A DNA stretch of 64,000 nt from Yuukianura sp. NJ FZ-2021 (Eukaryota), in NCBI GenBank assembly GCA_046563655.1, contig CM102289.1, forward strand, positions 8,742,001 through 8,806,000, read 5' to 3'. Below are positions 13,301 to 26,100 of the stretch, one piece after another (position 1 is the first letter of the stretch; every line of letters begins with the position of its first letter). The position numbers were made by a program, and so were the translations under genes. The notes beneath the pieces were generated by a model, which saw nothing but the letters and a program-made list of their open reading frames with translations, ran no database searches and was not told the origin of the DNA.

Positions 13301-16300
13301 AACTCCCTAATTGGAATCATTATAACTCCCTCATCAAAGCAACAGTAACTACAATTTTGATACTTAAATCTCACAAAATAGTTTTTTCAAAATCTAAATC
13401 CGATGTTTCCTCTCTCAATTCAAGTTAAATTATGGATTCACTTCTGACTGTATCTTATTCCACTTTGACTCTGGATGAGTAGCATAATGGAGTGCATGAG
13501 GGAACTGCCTAGTGGTGAGGGGCAGAGAATCTCCTTTTAATAAATTTTAAATTAGATTTGAGCTGGAAATGGTTTCTCTTCTTTTCATTCTTCAGAATGG
13601 AAACTCCTTTTATTTTATTACCGCCCATCTCCTTCCCTTTATTACCTTTCTCTCGGCACTCCTTTCCTCTAAAGTCAAACGGCGGAAGTTACAAACGGAA
13701 CCTTCCGCCACTACTTTCCACACAAACACAAATTTCAAGCAGACCTAAAGTCTCAACCGCATTTTTCACAGCGAGCTTTCCTTTTTCACAAAAAAAAAAT
13801 CGTTTTTCGAAAGAAAAAAACTGACGTTAAATCCAAACTGTAAACCAAAACGAAGTTTCTGAAAAACAAACTCTATATACTTATTGGTTACGTTTTGTTC
13901 TAATGAAAACTGTTAGTGAAAAATAAAACTACAAAAAAGTAAAAGTAATGAAAAGTGAAGCTAAAAGTGCAAAGTCCTGTGATTGTTAGGTTATGTTGGA
14001 GTTTTGAATTGATTAGTCGTGCGTGTTAGCTTTATCTTAGAAATCAAGCTGAGAGAAAGTGGCGTAGGCAGTGTGTGTGAAGGGGAAGTGTGGGAGGGGG
14101 ATTAGATAAAGAAGTGTGTGTGGGGGGGGTGTATGGAAGAGGGAGGGGGTTCGGTAAAGGAGTGGGGAGGTTGAGGGAAAGTGGCAGATCCATTATTGAC
14201 TTGAAAGAATGAGTCAAGTATGTGTTGGGAGTGGAGAAGCAAGGAATAGGGGAGAAAGGCATCATTTGGTGCGTAGGTAATCGTAATCGCCTTGTGCTCT
14301 CCGCGTCTTTTCCGCTCCTAATAAGATGAAAGTTCTTGGAGAAAGCTCATGTGAAGTCAAGTAGAGTTATATTGAGGATAGGAAGAGAAGGGGAAAAAGT
14401 TGGGAGTTTGAAAAAAAGACATTTCCCGCTTTTTTCTAAGCTTGTCCCTAGATACACTAGGGAAAAGGAGGAGGGAGGAGGAGGAGGTAAAAGTTATAAG
14501 AATCCTTATTCCATAAGTACTCACTTTCTTACGGAGGAAAGCAGGAGAAGACAGACATGCAAATAGAATTTTCTCTCCCTTTCCCCCACTTTTTACATAA
14601 AAAAAAAGGCAAAAAAAGTTAAGAGAAAGCGGGAGATGGAAAAATCGATTTTAGAGAAGGAAAGGCACCAGCTGTGACAAAATAATGAAAAAAAAAAGAA
14701 GAAATTTTTAAGTGAATCACCCCAGAGAAAAGACGAAGAAAGTTCTTTCCCGCCGACTTTCTCTCCTTTGTATATTATGCATGTAAGTTAAGTGGAGGAG
14801 ACCCACTTCGGGGAAAAACTTCTAGAGGGGGGGGGTCTAGAATAGAAGAGGGGGGGGGTCATAAACTTGTGGGGGAAGGAAAGAAAAAACAGAGTGTGAC
14901 TTTGTAAATACTGTGGGGAGTAAGTCCCCCCACCCACCCCCTCCCACTTCCTTAGAACATGTTATATGCCATAACAAAAGAGTTTCAGGAGCCTAAAGAA
15001 AGTTCCCGGGTCATCTCCCAGCTTCCCCCGTCGTCACACCCCCTGCTTCTTGAATATAAAAATATCAAACCTCTTGGCGGTTTTTTCCCTAACACTGCTA
15101 TACATTTATAACGTAGAACATAAAAGTGAAAGTTTTCTTTTCTCAATACTCCTTTTGACTAAAGAAACTACAAAAAAAAAACTAAGCAATTCTTTCTTTT
15201 TTCCAAAAAAAAAACTCTTCCACAAAAAAACAAGAACCTCAAATCTGCTTTTATTTGATTCAATTCTCCAATTTCCTTGGAGAACCATACAGTGATTCAC
15301 TTTCTCCATTTCAATCCCCTTTCTTTCTCGTTTCTTTTCACAAAAGGAAGTTACAAAACTCAGTAGAATGCATAATGAGATTTGGCTACACTACATCTAA
15401 TCAGCGTTCAACCAATATCCTGCTCTTTCTAGCCCTCACTAGTTACAAGCCTTAGGTTAAGGCTGGAAGACAATCGAATCCCAGCAGAAGCAAAAAAAAA
15501 GATTCTTCCATTTAACAAATCAAACTCTAGAAATTTCCTCTTGAACAGAAAAAAACTCCCCTCTTTTTCTTCATTTTGTCTCTGAATAAAATCAAGTCTC
15601 AACCAACCGCGAAAGTCTAACTTTCTCTTTTCCTGACTTTAGGGGATTCTGCAGATTGGTTTCTCCCTGAAGAGCTCTATAGGAGTTATAGGCTTCTCGA
15701 GATCTACCAAAATCAATTATTGATGGAATTCCTTCTTTTTCTAAAGTAGACATTCTTGTGCTTTCTCTTTCGGAAGATGAGATTCTAGGCGTCTAGAAAG
15801 TCTTAGAAGAAATCCATTATTTCCTTTTAAAGGTGAAAGTGAAACCGCATCTACTAGAAACTACTACGACCATAGCCCTAATCCATAATCTCAAAAGTTT
15901 CAAAGTCTTTCACTCTCACCTTCCCTAATTCCTTGTGGGAGTCAGGAAACGGAAAGTCAGTTTCCCAGACTTCCAAAAGGCTATTCAATATGCATGGACT
16001 CACTTTTGATTACATGAATTAGAAATGAAGAGAAAAGAACTCCAGAGTCCATATGCTTTTACTGTTTAACGTAACCTAGCTTTTTCCGGTCAATCTCATC
16101 CTAACATTTGCCCAACTAGCACCGTACAACCACAGTAAAAAGCCAAGTTTAAAATAAAAAGTAAAACAAAAATCAGGAAAAGAAAAACTCAACAAGGAGA
16201 GAAAGCATGAATGACTAAAAATTTCAAATTTTTTTTGCGGGATTTTTTTCCCTTATAGCTTTCTAAACAGTTTTGGAGAATCTATTACCCTATTCAATCT

Positions 16301-18784
16301 CCCCCTATACTATTCCCCCGCCTGCTTTTAAACTTATACTCTCCTTGTATTGATTTTCCATTGACGAGACGATTAGTTAGTTGATTACAGCGGGCGAGAA
16401 AGTGAAGATACGCCTGCGTTTTTTCCTTTCCTCTTGCACTTAGGAATCAAATCAATACTTTTCCCCTTAGCTTCTCTCTTTTTTTCTTTCCAAAAAGATA
16501 AAGAGAAAAATCCAAGTGAAAGAACAGCTAAAGAGGAAGATGGGAATAGAAATCCAATGGATTTAATGGTCCTTATTCTTCCTCTAGATCCCAATTTTAC
16601 TTTCTCCCGCCCCACCATCTCTATCTACAGCAGTGGACTTCCATGTGTCCCTTCCCATCAGGTAACGTATAAATGTCAATGGGGGAACTCCCCCTCCCCA
16701 CCCAAAAAAGACTCAAAAACCCTGCCTTACTAAGCTGGAAGCTGAACAACCGAGAAAGCTCTTTTTCAATTTCTATTACTCAGACTAACCTCACCCTCTC
16801 TATTATCCTCCATTTACATCTTATATCTTTTCAAAATCTCCCCTCTTTCTACAGGAGGGGAGAGATTCACACGAGTTAGGATGAAATTTTTTTTGAAAAA
16901 ATAAAACTTTTTTGAAATGAGATGGAAATGGTCCATTGGAAACGCAGAGTCAACGCTAATGAAATCTCTCTCGGAGAAAAATTGCCAGTGGGCAGATGGA
17001 GGCGGAAAGTGAAAGCGGGAAAAAGTTTTCTCCTAATACCAAAAACGGAAAGTTTTTTTTTCTCCCCTAACCACTGTATAGCGTTGGCTTGAGTTGGAGC
17101 ACGAGATTTGGAATGAAGAGAAAGCTTGAGGGAGTTGATGCGTATCAAAGGAAAAAGAGAGGGAGAGATGGAAGAACCTAATGAAATTAAAAATGGAGCA
17201 GGATTTTGTGAAGATGGGGAAGAAACAATCAGAAGAAGCCTTTTACCCAACACCTTCAGGGCCCTTTGCCCCTTCTTCAACCGCAAGAACTTTGTAATTG
17301 GGAAAGAGACTGCCGGAAAGTGAAAGTGACTACCAGCCATACCATAGTTTTCTATACTTTCACTTTTACTAGTCTATGATTAACCGCATTTTACCAAAAA
17401 AATCAGTCCTGCGTAAAGTGTCCTTTACACTTCCGTCACAACTAGCCTTAACTTTTACTTTTCCTCCGACTTTCACAAAAAATTGAGAAAATAGCCTCAG
17501 AAAACACGACTTTTCCTTTTTCTTTTTTTGGTTTTCCCCAAGGACTTTTCCAATTTTGTCAACCAATCCATGATGCTGTTTCGCAGTATAAAAAAGGCGG
17601 TTGGAAAAAAAACGCTTGCTCTTGCTACAAAGTAAACAACTTTTAACAAAAACTTAACATTACGTTCGACGTGAGCTCCGTCATTTGTCACACGGTGAAC
17701 CTAAACTACTTAATCAAAGGAGCTGACACTTTAATGTTCTCGTGATCTTGATCTCATCTCTCTAAAAAAAATTTCATCTGAGCTAGTGGAAAAAAAACAC
17801 AACCGATGTAGCAAATTAACCGACATAGCAATGTTTTTTACTTTTTAAATTTTAACAAAGTTTTTTGTTAGAATTTAGATTTGCTTAGCTTTTACTTTTT
17901 CGTCAACTTTCGCTTAAAAGCGTTATTTTCATTGTTTGTGGTCGAGTTAACTAAAAAGTAAAAACAAAAGTAAACAGTTTTGAAGCTCAAGTTGTAACAA
18001 TTTGGTGACACGTAATTATCGTCAAATCAGTTTCAGTTTTATGAGACAGACGCGGGAAAGTGTGTGTTGAGAATGGAGGAGTGAAAGTGCGCTTTTATCA
18101 TCAAGCAGTAACATAATACTTTCGCCATTACTTCCGTGCGTGTGTGAATCTTTCTACAGTTTCACAAACATCCTCTCCTTCTGGTTTCTCAGAAAATTGT
18201 AAAATGGCGCCAAGGAAAAGCCTGTTTATTTCTTCAAATTACATTTCCTTTAGGTTTCTCCAGAATCCACATAATAAAGTGGATTTCTTTCCTTTCTTCC
18301 CTCTCTTTCCTTTATTATCTTCCCTAAAATTTAGTTGTGAAGAAGACTATAGGAGACCTACACACTAGGGGATCAACCCCATCTCATCATCATCACTTTT
18401 CTCTTTAGGTTTCCATTTTCTCTTCTCTGCTATGGAGAGGGTGAGAAGACGTGAGAAAGAAAGTCCTTGGAAACAGATGTGGGCACAAGCCAAATATCCA
18501 ACCATTCAACCATTTTCAGACTATGGTTGTTCTAACGCTGCTTTCTTTTGTGTCTAAAAGCAAGGGAGGGTAAGCGAGGAACCTTGTAAAGAAAATTGGA
18601 TTGTTTGCTAAACGTATAATTTACTCAACGTATCGGATATCCGATTAATATGCCCAGTCGACTCCTTCATCCATAAAATTTCCTTTTAAACATTTAATAA
18701 TATGTCTACAAAATAGTTTCAAACAAAAACGTCCAATTAACAGAGTCAGAAATTCAGTCGACTCATTTGCATTGGAATTTGCGT

Positions 18785-18815
18785 ACAGACAGACAGACAA
18801 ACAGACGGACAGACA
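18785..18815. repeat. imperfect (CAGA)n microsatellite, possibly the core of a Helitron/DINE-like element
   Basis: ACAGACAGACAGACAAACAGACGGACAGACA. Element boundaries not established. Confidence 0.6.
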
Positions 18816-19865
18816 AATAACACAGAAATGCATAAAATAACTTTTGCTACTTAATAAAAAATAAATCGACACATTAATGTCAATAGCTGGAAGTGTGGAG
18901 AAATTTTCGGCAGCTTGTAGTTACAGAGCAAATATTCAAAAATTTATAGAGAATTTTACAATTTTGAAACTGCTGGCTTTTTTCTTTTTAGGAAATACAA
19001 AAATTTCTAAATATTATGAAATTTTTCAAATTTGTAAGAAAAGTGAAAAAATTTCACTTTCCGAGTTTCAACATTTGAAAAAAATTGGTCTGTGGATGAT
19101 GTTCAGTTAGCATGGCATGAAACGGAAGAGAAACGAGAGCCTATTTGTGGAATCATGTTTGGACACGCGATATTCCCTCACTTTCTCTCTCTGTCAACGG
19201 TGGTTACATGGAAATCGATAGTTTGAAAAGAGAGGGAAGTGGAAAGTAAACAATTTGAGACTGGAAGTAGAGGTTAGGTTTGTTAATAATTCAGTGACGG
19301 ATGGACAGGCCTATGTCAACTCAACCGCTCATAATTCATCAAGCAAAGCCTCTGGTTGACCAGAAAGTTACATTTGACAAGCTACCAAACCACTGTCACC
19401 ACACAGCCACCAGTCACCACTTGCCATAGAGACTCAGTTTGTAACTTCACAGAATCACAGTTGAACAACTTCAAAGCCACTTTAAAGTTACATCACGACT
19501 TACAACGAAGGTCAAAGTTCACAGGGAGCCTAATCCCTTTATGTACAGAATGAGTCCAGAACATTACAAAAAGTATACAACCTATACAAATGGAACACAC
19601 TGTACACAACCTTTCAAAGTCCACAAAAAACACCACAAACGTGAAAGAGATTTTCGAAAAATCGAAAAGTGTCAAATTCGCCTAAAATTTTGCAATCGAA
19701 AAAAAATTCTACATAAAAATATTCCACATTTTTCTCCTTTTCATTTTTCAGTGAGTTACAAATCACAAGCCTTTTGAGGCAGTTTCCAAAAAACAACATT
19801 TTTCGCCAAAAGTGTCTAGAATTTAAATAAAAATAATCAGAATTTTGATTTAAATTTCTGCTTAC

Positions 19866-19910
19866 CTGCTTGTGCATCTCAACGTTAAGGCCATAGGACA
19901 TCTCATAGTA
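19866..19910 (-). CDS. gro: groucho/TLE exon 4 (YYEMSYGLNVEMHKQ)
   Basis: 45 nt, acceptor TTTCAG, donor GTAAGC. Highly conserved Q-domain motif. Confidence 0.97.
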
Positions 19911-21579
19911 CTGAAATTCAAACCGAAATGAATTACAAGTTATGTTAGGTTAGTTATACATAGGTATTGCTTATGTTAAAATACACTGTGAAAGTGAGCT
20001 GAAAGTGAAAGTGTGATGATCCTTAACGTTAGTGGGTAAGGTGGGAGTTGTTAGCAAAGGAGAACAAGGGAGGAATCATTAATTAATCACAACGCCTCAG
20101 TCTCCCCGCCTCAACTTTCCGTGCAGCGTTACTCAAAAGTTTTGGGGGGCGATGCACGTAGGGCCTTGAGCAGTTTCCGAAATAGTAAAAGCCTTGCGTG
20201 CGTTGCGTGAGCGGGAATAAGCAAACCAAGCCATCAGCCTCTACATTCTAATGAGAAGTCTCTCAGGACTTTCTCTCCACCACAAAAACCCAACAGTTTT
20301 TAGACTCTGTACTTTCACCAAAAACAAACAGCCGAGAAGCAATCAACTTCTTTTTTTGTCAAAACTCTCGCGTTACATTACACGTCTGCGTAGTACAACT
20401 TACATTAAAAATTATAATCCAGCTTCAAATATTTTTTTGAAAACATCACAAAAACCGAAACCAAAATCATCACAATACCCAATATCTTTCTCAAATTTTA
20501 TTTTCACTGGAAAATTTTCACCATTGTCTTGCTACATTAAAAACTTTTGTACCGGGGAAAAAGGCGTCTGTCGTTGCACTTCTAATCTTTTAAAGCTTTA
20601 CTTTGTCCAAATAACCTTCAAAATAGTAAATTTTGGAGAAAGTAGAGCTTTGTGGAAAGGAAATTCAAACAAAGGATGGAGAAACTAAGGTTTTTGCCAA
20701 ATATTTGCACAAATGTTGGGCAAAGTGGGTGATACGGCTCAATTAATTCTGTAGAACCACGGCAGTAGGTCTTCCTGGCTAGAGAAAATGAATGGGGCGT
20801 GAGAATGAAGTTCGTGCACAAAATGGGAAAGTGAAAGTCCCATGTGGTTACGTGGAAATGAAGACAGGGAATTACTCCTCATCATCTTATTCATGAGCCA
20901 GGGCTGGAATAATATGGAAATGTTGTAACCAAAATCAAACACAAAGTGGGGCTGAATTTGAGATATTTTGGGAACATCCGCCAGCAGCATCCTTCCAGGC
21001 CTAGAGATGAGCAGGGCACAACATTTATTCACATGTCCTCAGACTAAACAAACAAGACCTCCGGCCCAAACTCTCGACTTGTAACTTTTTGAAGAGCTCC
21101 AGCACTTTCCGTAGTAGCAAAAGTGAAAATGGATTTGGATAGTTGCATTAACGCTCAAGCGTGAAGAGAGAGAGGGCACTGAGGCATGCAGAAGCCAAAA
21201 ACCTAGGTCCTAACACAATCAGCCTAAAATACTAAGCCTTAACTACAAGAAATCACTGGTTCAGAAGTTATTGCTATCTCAAACTCAAATTTAGCGTTAC
21301 TTTTACCGTGCTAGTGCAGTAAACGCGCTGAACCTAACGCTAAACAGCGTTTATAACGTACAACAAAATTGGCCAAAACGCTGTCAATTGCTAAATTGAA
21401 TGACTTAACCTCTTCCAGCGTGCTTTCACTTTTTTAAAACAAAATTCTTCAGCAAATTTTCAGCTTTCCAAAATTTTGGTTTTCTAAGCCAGAAATCAGA
21501 AAATTTATGGTACAGTGGCTTCTCTAAATAAGGGAAAAAATCACTATTGGAGGATTGGTAGTAGGCGCCTCCCCCAGTA

Positions 21580-21768
21580 CCGTAAGATTTCTGGGAAACG
21601 GTCAGTTTGTGTGCTGTTGCACAGTTTGTGCGCAGTTGCGCAGTTTGTGCGCAGTTGCGCAGTTTGTGCGCAGTTTGTGCGCAAAAAAATAACCAAAAAA
21701 AAAAACAATCGTAAAAAATAAGCCGATAAACTGAAACATACGTTCCCTCCAAAATTAAAACTTTACGG
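21580..21768. mobile_element. degenerate TA-flanked MITE with internal GCGCAGTT(TGT) tandem repeat
   Basis: TA-CCGTAAG...CTTTACGG-TA ends with imperfect longer TIRs. Internal repeat at about 21603-21682. Confidence 0.55.
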
Positions 21769-23056
21769 TACCGCGACTTCGAGTGAAAGTGAGAAAGAGG
21801 AGGAGCTCCTGTCCCTTATTTAGAGAATTTGCGGTATTTTGCATAGTGGAAATGAATAGCCTGATAATTTAAGCGCCAATTGCAGACAGCGTGACAAAGC
21901 GAATCGCAGGAACCGTAAAAAATCGCTGTTTTTGGATGACTTTTAAAAAAATAGACAAGGTCACGAGGTCAGCTAATTCAAGTCACAGAATTATGTGAGT
22001 GACCTTTGCTCTGAACCACATCAATGGAAGATGTCTTTTAAATGAAGTCAAAAGATAGATGAAGAGCAGGAATTGTTGTAGGGCGTGTTGGCATTAGACT
22101 GCGTGTGGGCATGAGAGATTAATTGGAGTGTTGTGAACCGAAGATTCTTCTTTTATTAAGATCTTCCGAAGATCTTTTGGAAAGGAAAAAGAGTAGCATC
22201 TTGAGAATCTCCTTGAAATATCTTCTCTCTGCTAAAGTTATGGTGTGGGATGATTCCGTCGACAGATTTTCCGGGCTCTTTGGAAGAAGTCGTTATGAGG
22301 ATCCTGATGTTTCTTGGCACCGAGTCATGGAATCCATACTACACCAGCAGTATGCCATGTTTCGTCCAAATTTCATAGTTTTCTTGGCAACTACAATAGA
22401 ACTATAGTCATAGACAGGGTTCCGTGTAGACCATGAAAGACGGAAGAATTGTTACAAATAACCAATCTTTGGCCTAATGGCGGAATTCCTTCTTGACACA
22501 ACTCTTGCGAGACACAAGTCCCATTAGACTCAAGATCCCCAAGGCTTTTGAAGAGAAAGTAAAAGTGCCAAGTGGAGTTAGGTTTAGAGCCTAACAGTTG
22601 GGTTTACCTTAGGGCGGCTCCAGTTCCTCCCTATTTCTTTGTTATTTCTCAACTGAAATTCCGTGGTGCTAAATCCGTTTCTTGACTTGACAGGTCAATG
22701 TCAACAGAAGCATCCCCTTCCCATCTATTTACATTTATTTTCTCACCAAACTTCTTCAACTGTACGCACTCTGTTTACACTCAACTTCTCAAAAGAATCC
22801 TATTAGGTTTAAGGAATCTGGCACACCATTGCTTCTAGAACTGAGAAAAATGAAGACGTTTGTATCCTAAATACAACAGAAAAAATGCACGAAAAGTAGC
22901 AATCGGTGAGCTAAATTAAAAAAGAAATGCAACGTTTGGTTTTTAAACAGTAAACAATAGACGAGATCGAGAAGAAAGCTTGGAAAAAAGTTGTTGAAAA
23001 CTACCAAGAAATTCAAAATTTTGAAAATTTTCTAAAAAAAAATTGTTGTAACTCAC

Positions 23057-23120
23057 CATTACGTAGTGCCTCTGCATCTCTCCTTTCTCTTGTACCATTT
23101 TCTCACATTCAACTTTGAGA
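23057..23120 (-). CDS. gro: groucho/TLE exon 3b, mutually exclusive copy (N-LKVECEKMVQEKGEMQRHYVM)
   Basis: 64 nt, acceptor TTTCCACTTTAG, donor GTGAGT, same phases as 3a. 15/21 aa identical to 3a, no stops. Absent from the ORF track. Confidence 0.9.
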
Positions 23121-26100
23121 CTAAAGTGGAAACAAAGTTGTAACTTACAACTAGATCTCTTACGTAAAGTTAAATTTCACTCAAATTTTGCCTAATAGTG
23201 ATTAACCATACTCAAATTGGCACTTTTTCTGTTTTTTGTTTGGGATTTCAAGAAGTTGCAAAATTATTAATTCGGTGAAAGCATTTCATGATTTTCCGTT
23301 GTTGATGTTCGTGTTTGTCTCAAATTAGGCACAAGAACGTTAATTCCATTTTAATAAACTTTTACCTTACAAATTAGTAGCTGGAAGCCACCCAATGGCT
23401 ACAAAATTGCTTTCCGTTGTTTTCGTAATCAAAATGAACTAAAAACACGCCCACTTTCTCCCTTCAACATAAAGTAACCTTTGACCTTACAAAACAGAAA
23501 ATTACAAACGAAAATGACTTTGAAAACGACACTGCTTTTCATGTGCAACATTTTAGGATCACAGTGGTTTCTATTATGTTTGGAAGAGTTTTGTAAATTT
23601 TCAAAATTTTCTCGTCCATAATCCATTTCAGCTTTCAATGAAATGGGATTCAAAAGAACCGAGTCCAAAAATTATGTTCGCTTGAGTTAACTTTTCATTT
23701 CCGTTTGAGCTTCCACGTAGAACACGAGACAAGACTTTGGATTCTTCCCTCTCCACTCTCCAAATCCAATACCGTTATATCCAATAGCCTAACAACCTAA
23801 AGTAAAAGCGTCGTGTGGCTAGAGTGAAAGTCAAGTGAGATTTTATGTAGTGGAGGAAGGGAGTGGGGAATGGATGTCATGGTTCATTCCATTTCGTTTG
23901 TCTTGTACTGCCAATTTGTTACTCCCTGTCCCTTCTTCCGTGGAAACGATACATCATGGACAGTCCATCCAAGTACTTACGCCACCAACCTAATCCTAAA
24001 CCTAACCACCAACCACGCAAGACCAACTACACACACTTACGAAACAACCAAAGAGCCTTGTTCCTCACTAATGCACTTGAGCACTAGATCCATCACAGAT
24101 TTAACGTCCATGAAGAATTAGAAGAGGCATTAGCACATGGAGGCATTAAAATCATTAAATTAACTCCACAACCACTCAGGCACGGCGTCGTTTCACAAAA
24201 ATTCAAGCTTCCCTCCACTTTTGGTTTAGAAAAAGCGCGCCTTAATTCAAATCTACAAACTTCCTGGACGCCTACACTACACCGACGACCACCCTCAGCT
24301 ACAACGCTATTAAAAAGTCATGAGAAAACAACATTTAGATTTTTTGAAACAACAAAAGTCCAAATACAAAACAAAACATGAAGAAGTTTCACACGAGAAA
24401 AAAATTTCCCAAGAAAAATTTCTTGGACGACAGCCAAAAATTTTTTAATAGAAGTCTGTTTAATTCAATGAAACGTCGAAGGTTTTTCGTGACACAAAAT
24501 TCAGTGTGAGATTTGAAAATGGACTCTCATTCTTTAAATTTAGACCAAATTTCAGAGTAAATTTGCACAAATTTTGCAATTTGCTAAAAAAAAATTATAG
24601 CACGCATGAGTGAGTGAAATTTGGTGAAGAGGAACAAACTGCGTCCTCTTCCCATTTCGCGTGTGTTAAGTTTATGGCCCCCAAGCACTTGAACTTGAAC
24701 AAAAGAAATGAAAAATAAGCTATAACTTACAGAGGGCCCTATGTTAATTTTTTTTGAAATTTATTATTCACACACTCGAAGCATGAAGTTATAATCATGG
24801 TTTTCAATTTGAAAAGAAGAGGGAAAAGTCGTGTTGTCATGCTTAGTCAATGTCAAGGGCATTAAGGCGGGAAGAGCGGTTTTTGAATGCAGGGAGCCAT
24901 GACGGAGCTTATGTGGAAAATTGTTAGGGGCACACAACCATGAAGACAAAAGAGACTTTAGCTTTCAATATGAAAAATATTCTGAAAGAAAAAAGAGCGC
25001 CTGCTGTCGAGTGGTTAGAACTTAGCAGCGGGAAGTTTTCGAAAAAAAAAAATAAGAGGGGAAACGTTGTATTGTTTGAAAAAGTTAGAAAAAACAGAGA
25101 AAAGAAGAAAGTAGCGAGATTTATTTATTTGGACGAACCTTATGGAATAATCGATTCTCTCCAGTGCCATGCTTTTTCTTACTCAAAACAAATTGCTTTC
25201 TCCTCGAGTGAAAGTCCTTGGGGCCCTAAAGTGGCAGGAGAGAGTTCATTTCCATTAAGGAGCGGAAAAGCGCGCCAAATTATTTTTAAACCTTAACTGC
25301 CAAAAATTTAAACTTTCTCTTTTTTATTTTTTACGTTTTGTTTGTAGTGGCTTTCTCCACAATGCAAAAGGCTGAGGTCACAAAGTCGCAAGCAAAAATT
25401 TAACCCCGATTTTTGCGGAAATTTGAAATCCGATTATGAATTTTCCCTTTTTTTTGAAATTCTGATTGTACTATGCAAAAGTGTGGAGAAAATCTACTTT
25501 CTTTTTCCACTTTCCACTTCACTTTCACTGTAGAGTGACTTAGGTGAAGCCTAGGTTTTTTTAAGAGTCACATTTGGCAAGTTTCCAAAGAAAAAAAAAG
25601 AATGGATGAGTGTGCTGGGGTAAAGTGAAGTTTTTTTTTTCATAAAATGGCGCTCTTTGGTACTCAACTTTTGAAAAAGTTTCTCCGCATCTCCAGAGAT
25701 CATAATAATAGCCTCAGAAGATGAGTTATTAAAAGTTTCTTTTTCACAAAGTAATTCCAACAAATTATTTCTTATAGTCAAAGGATGAGACGCTCAAAAA
25801 CTCTAACCTAAAAAAGTAGACAGTAAAATCCGCCTTTGGTTTTTTTAAGGATTCATCCTCTCAGAAAATATTTTACACGTCATAACTTTTAACTTTTCCT
25901 AAAAAAAAGTTTTCTAAAAAAGTTTTAGTTTTATAGCCGTTCTAAGGAAGTGAGTTCTGAGTTTACGGGTTTTGAAAAATCTAGAAACGGAACGAGCATA
26001 TGTTTAGAACTTTTTTTTAGAGCCGTCACTTTATTTTTGAAAAGCTTTTTTTTTGAAAAGCTTACACTTTATTTTTGAACAAATGTTAAATGTTATACTA

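Noticed and set aside
7348..19865. Many 60-150 aa ORFs in groucho introns as possible nested genes
   Set aside because: They are low-complexity F/K/L-rich translations of A/T tracts, often with non-ATG starts, no domains and no consistent splice model.
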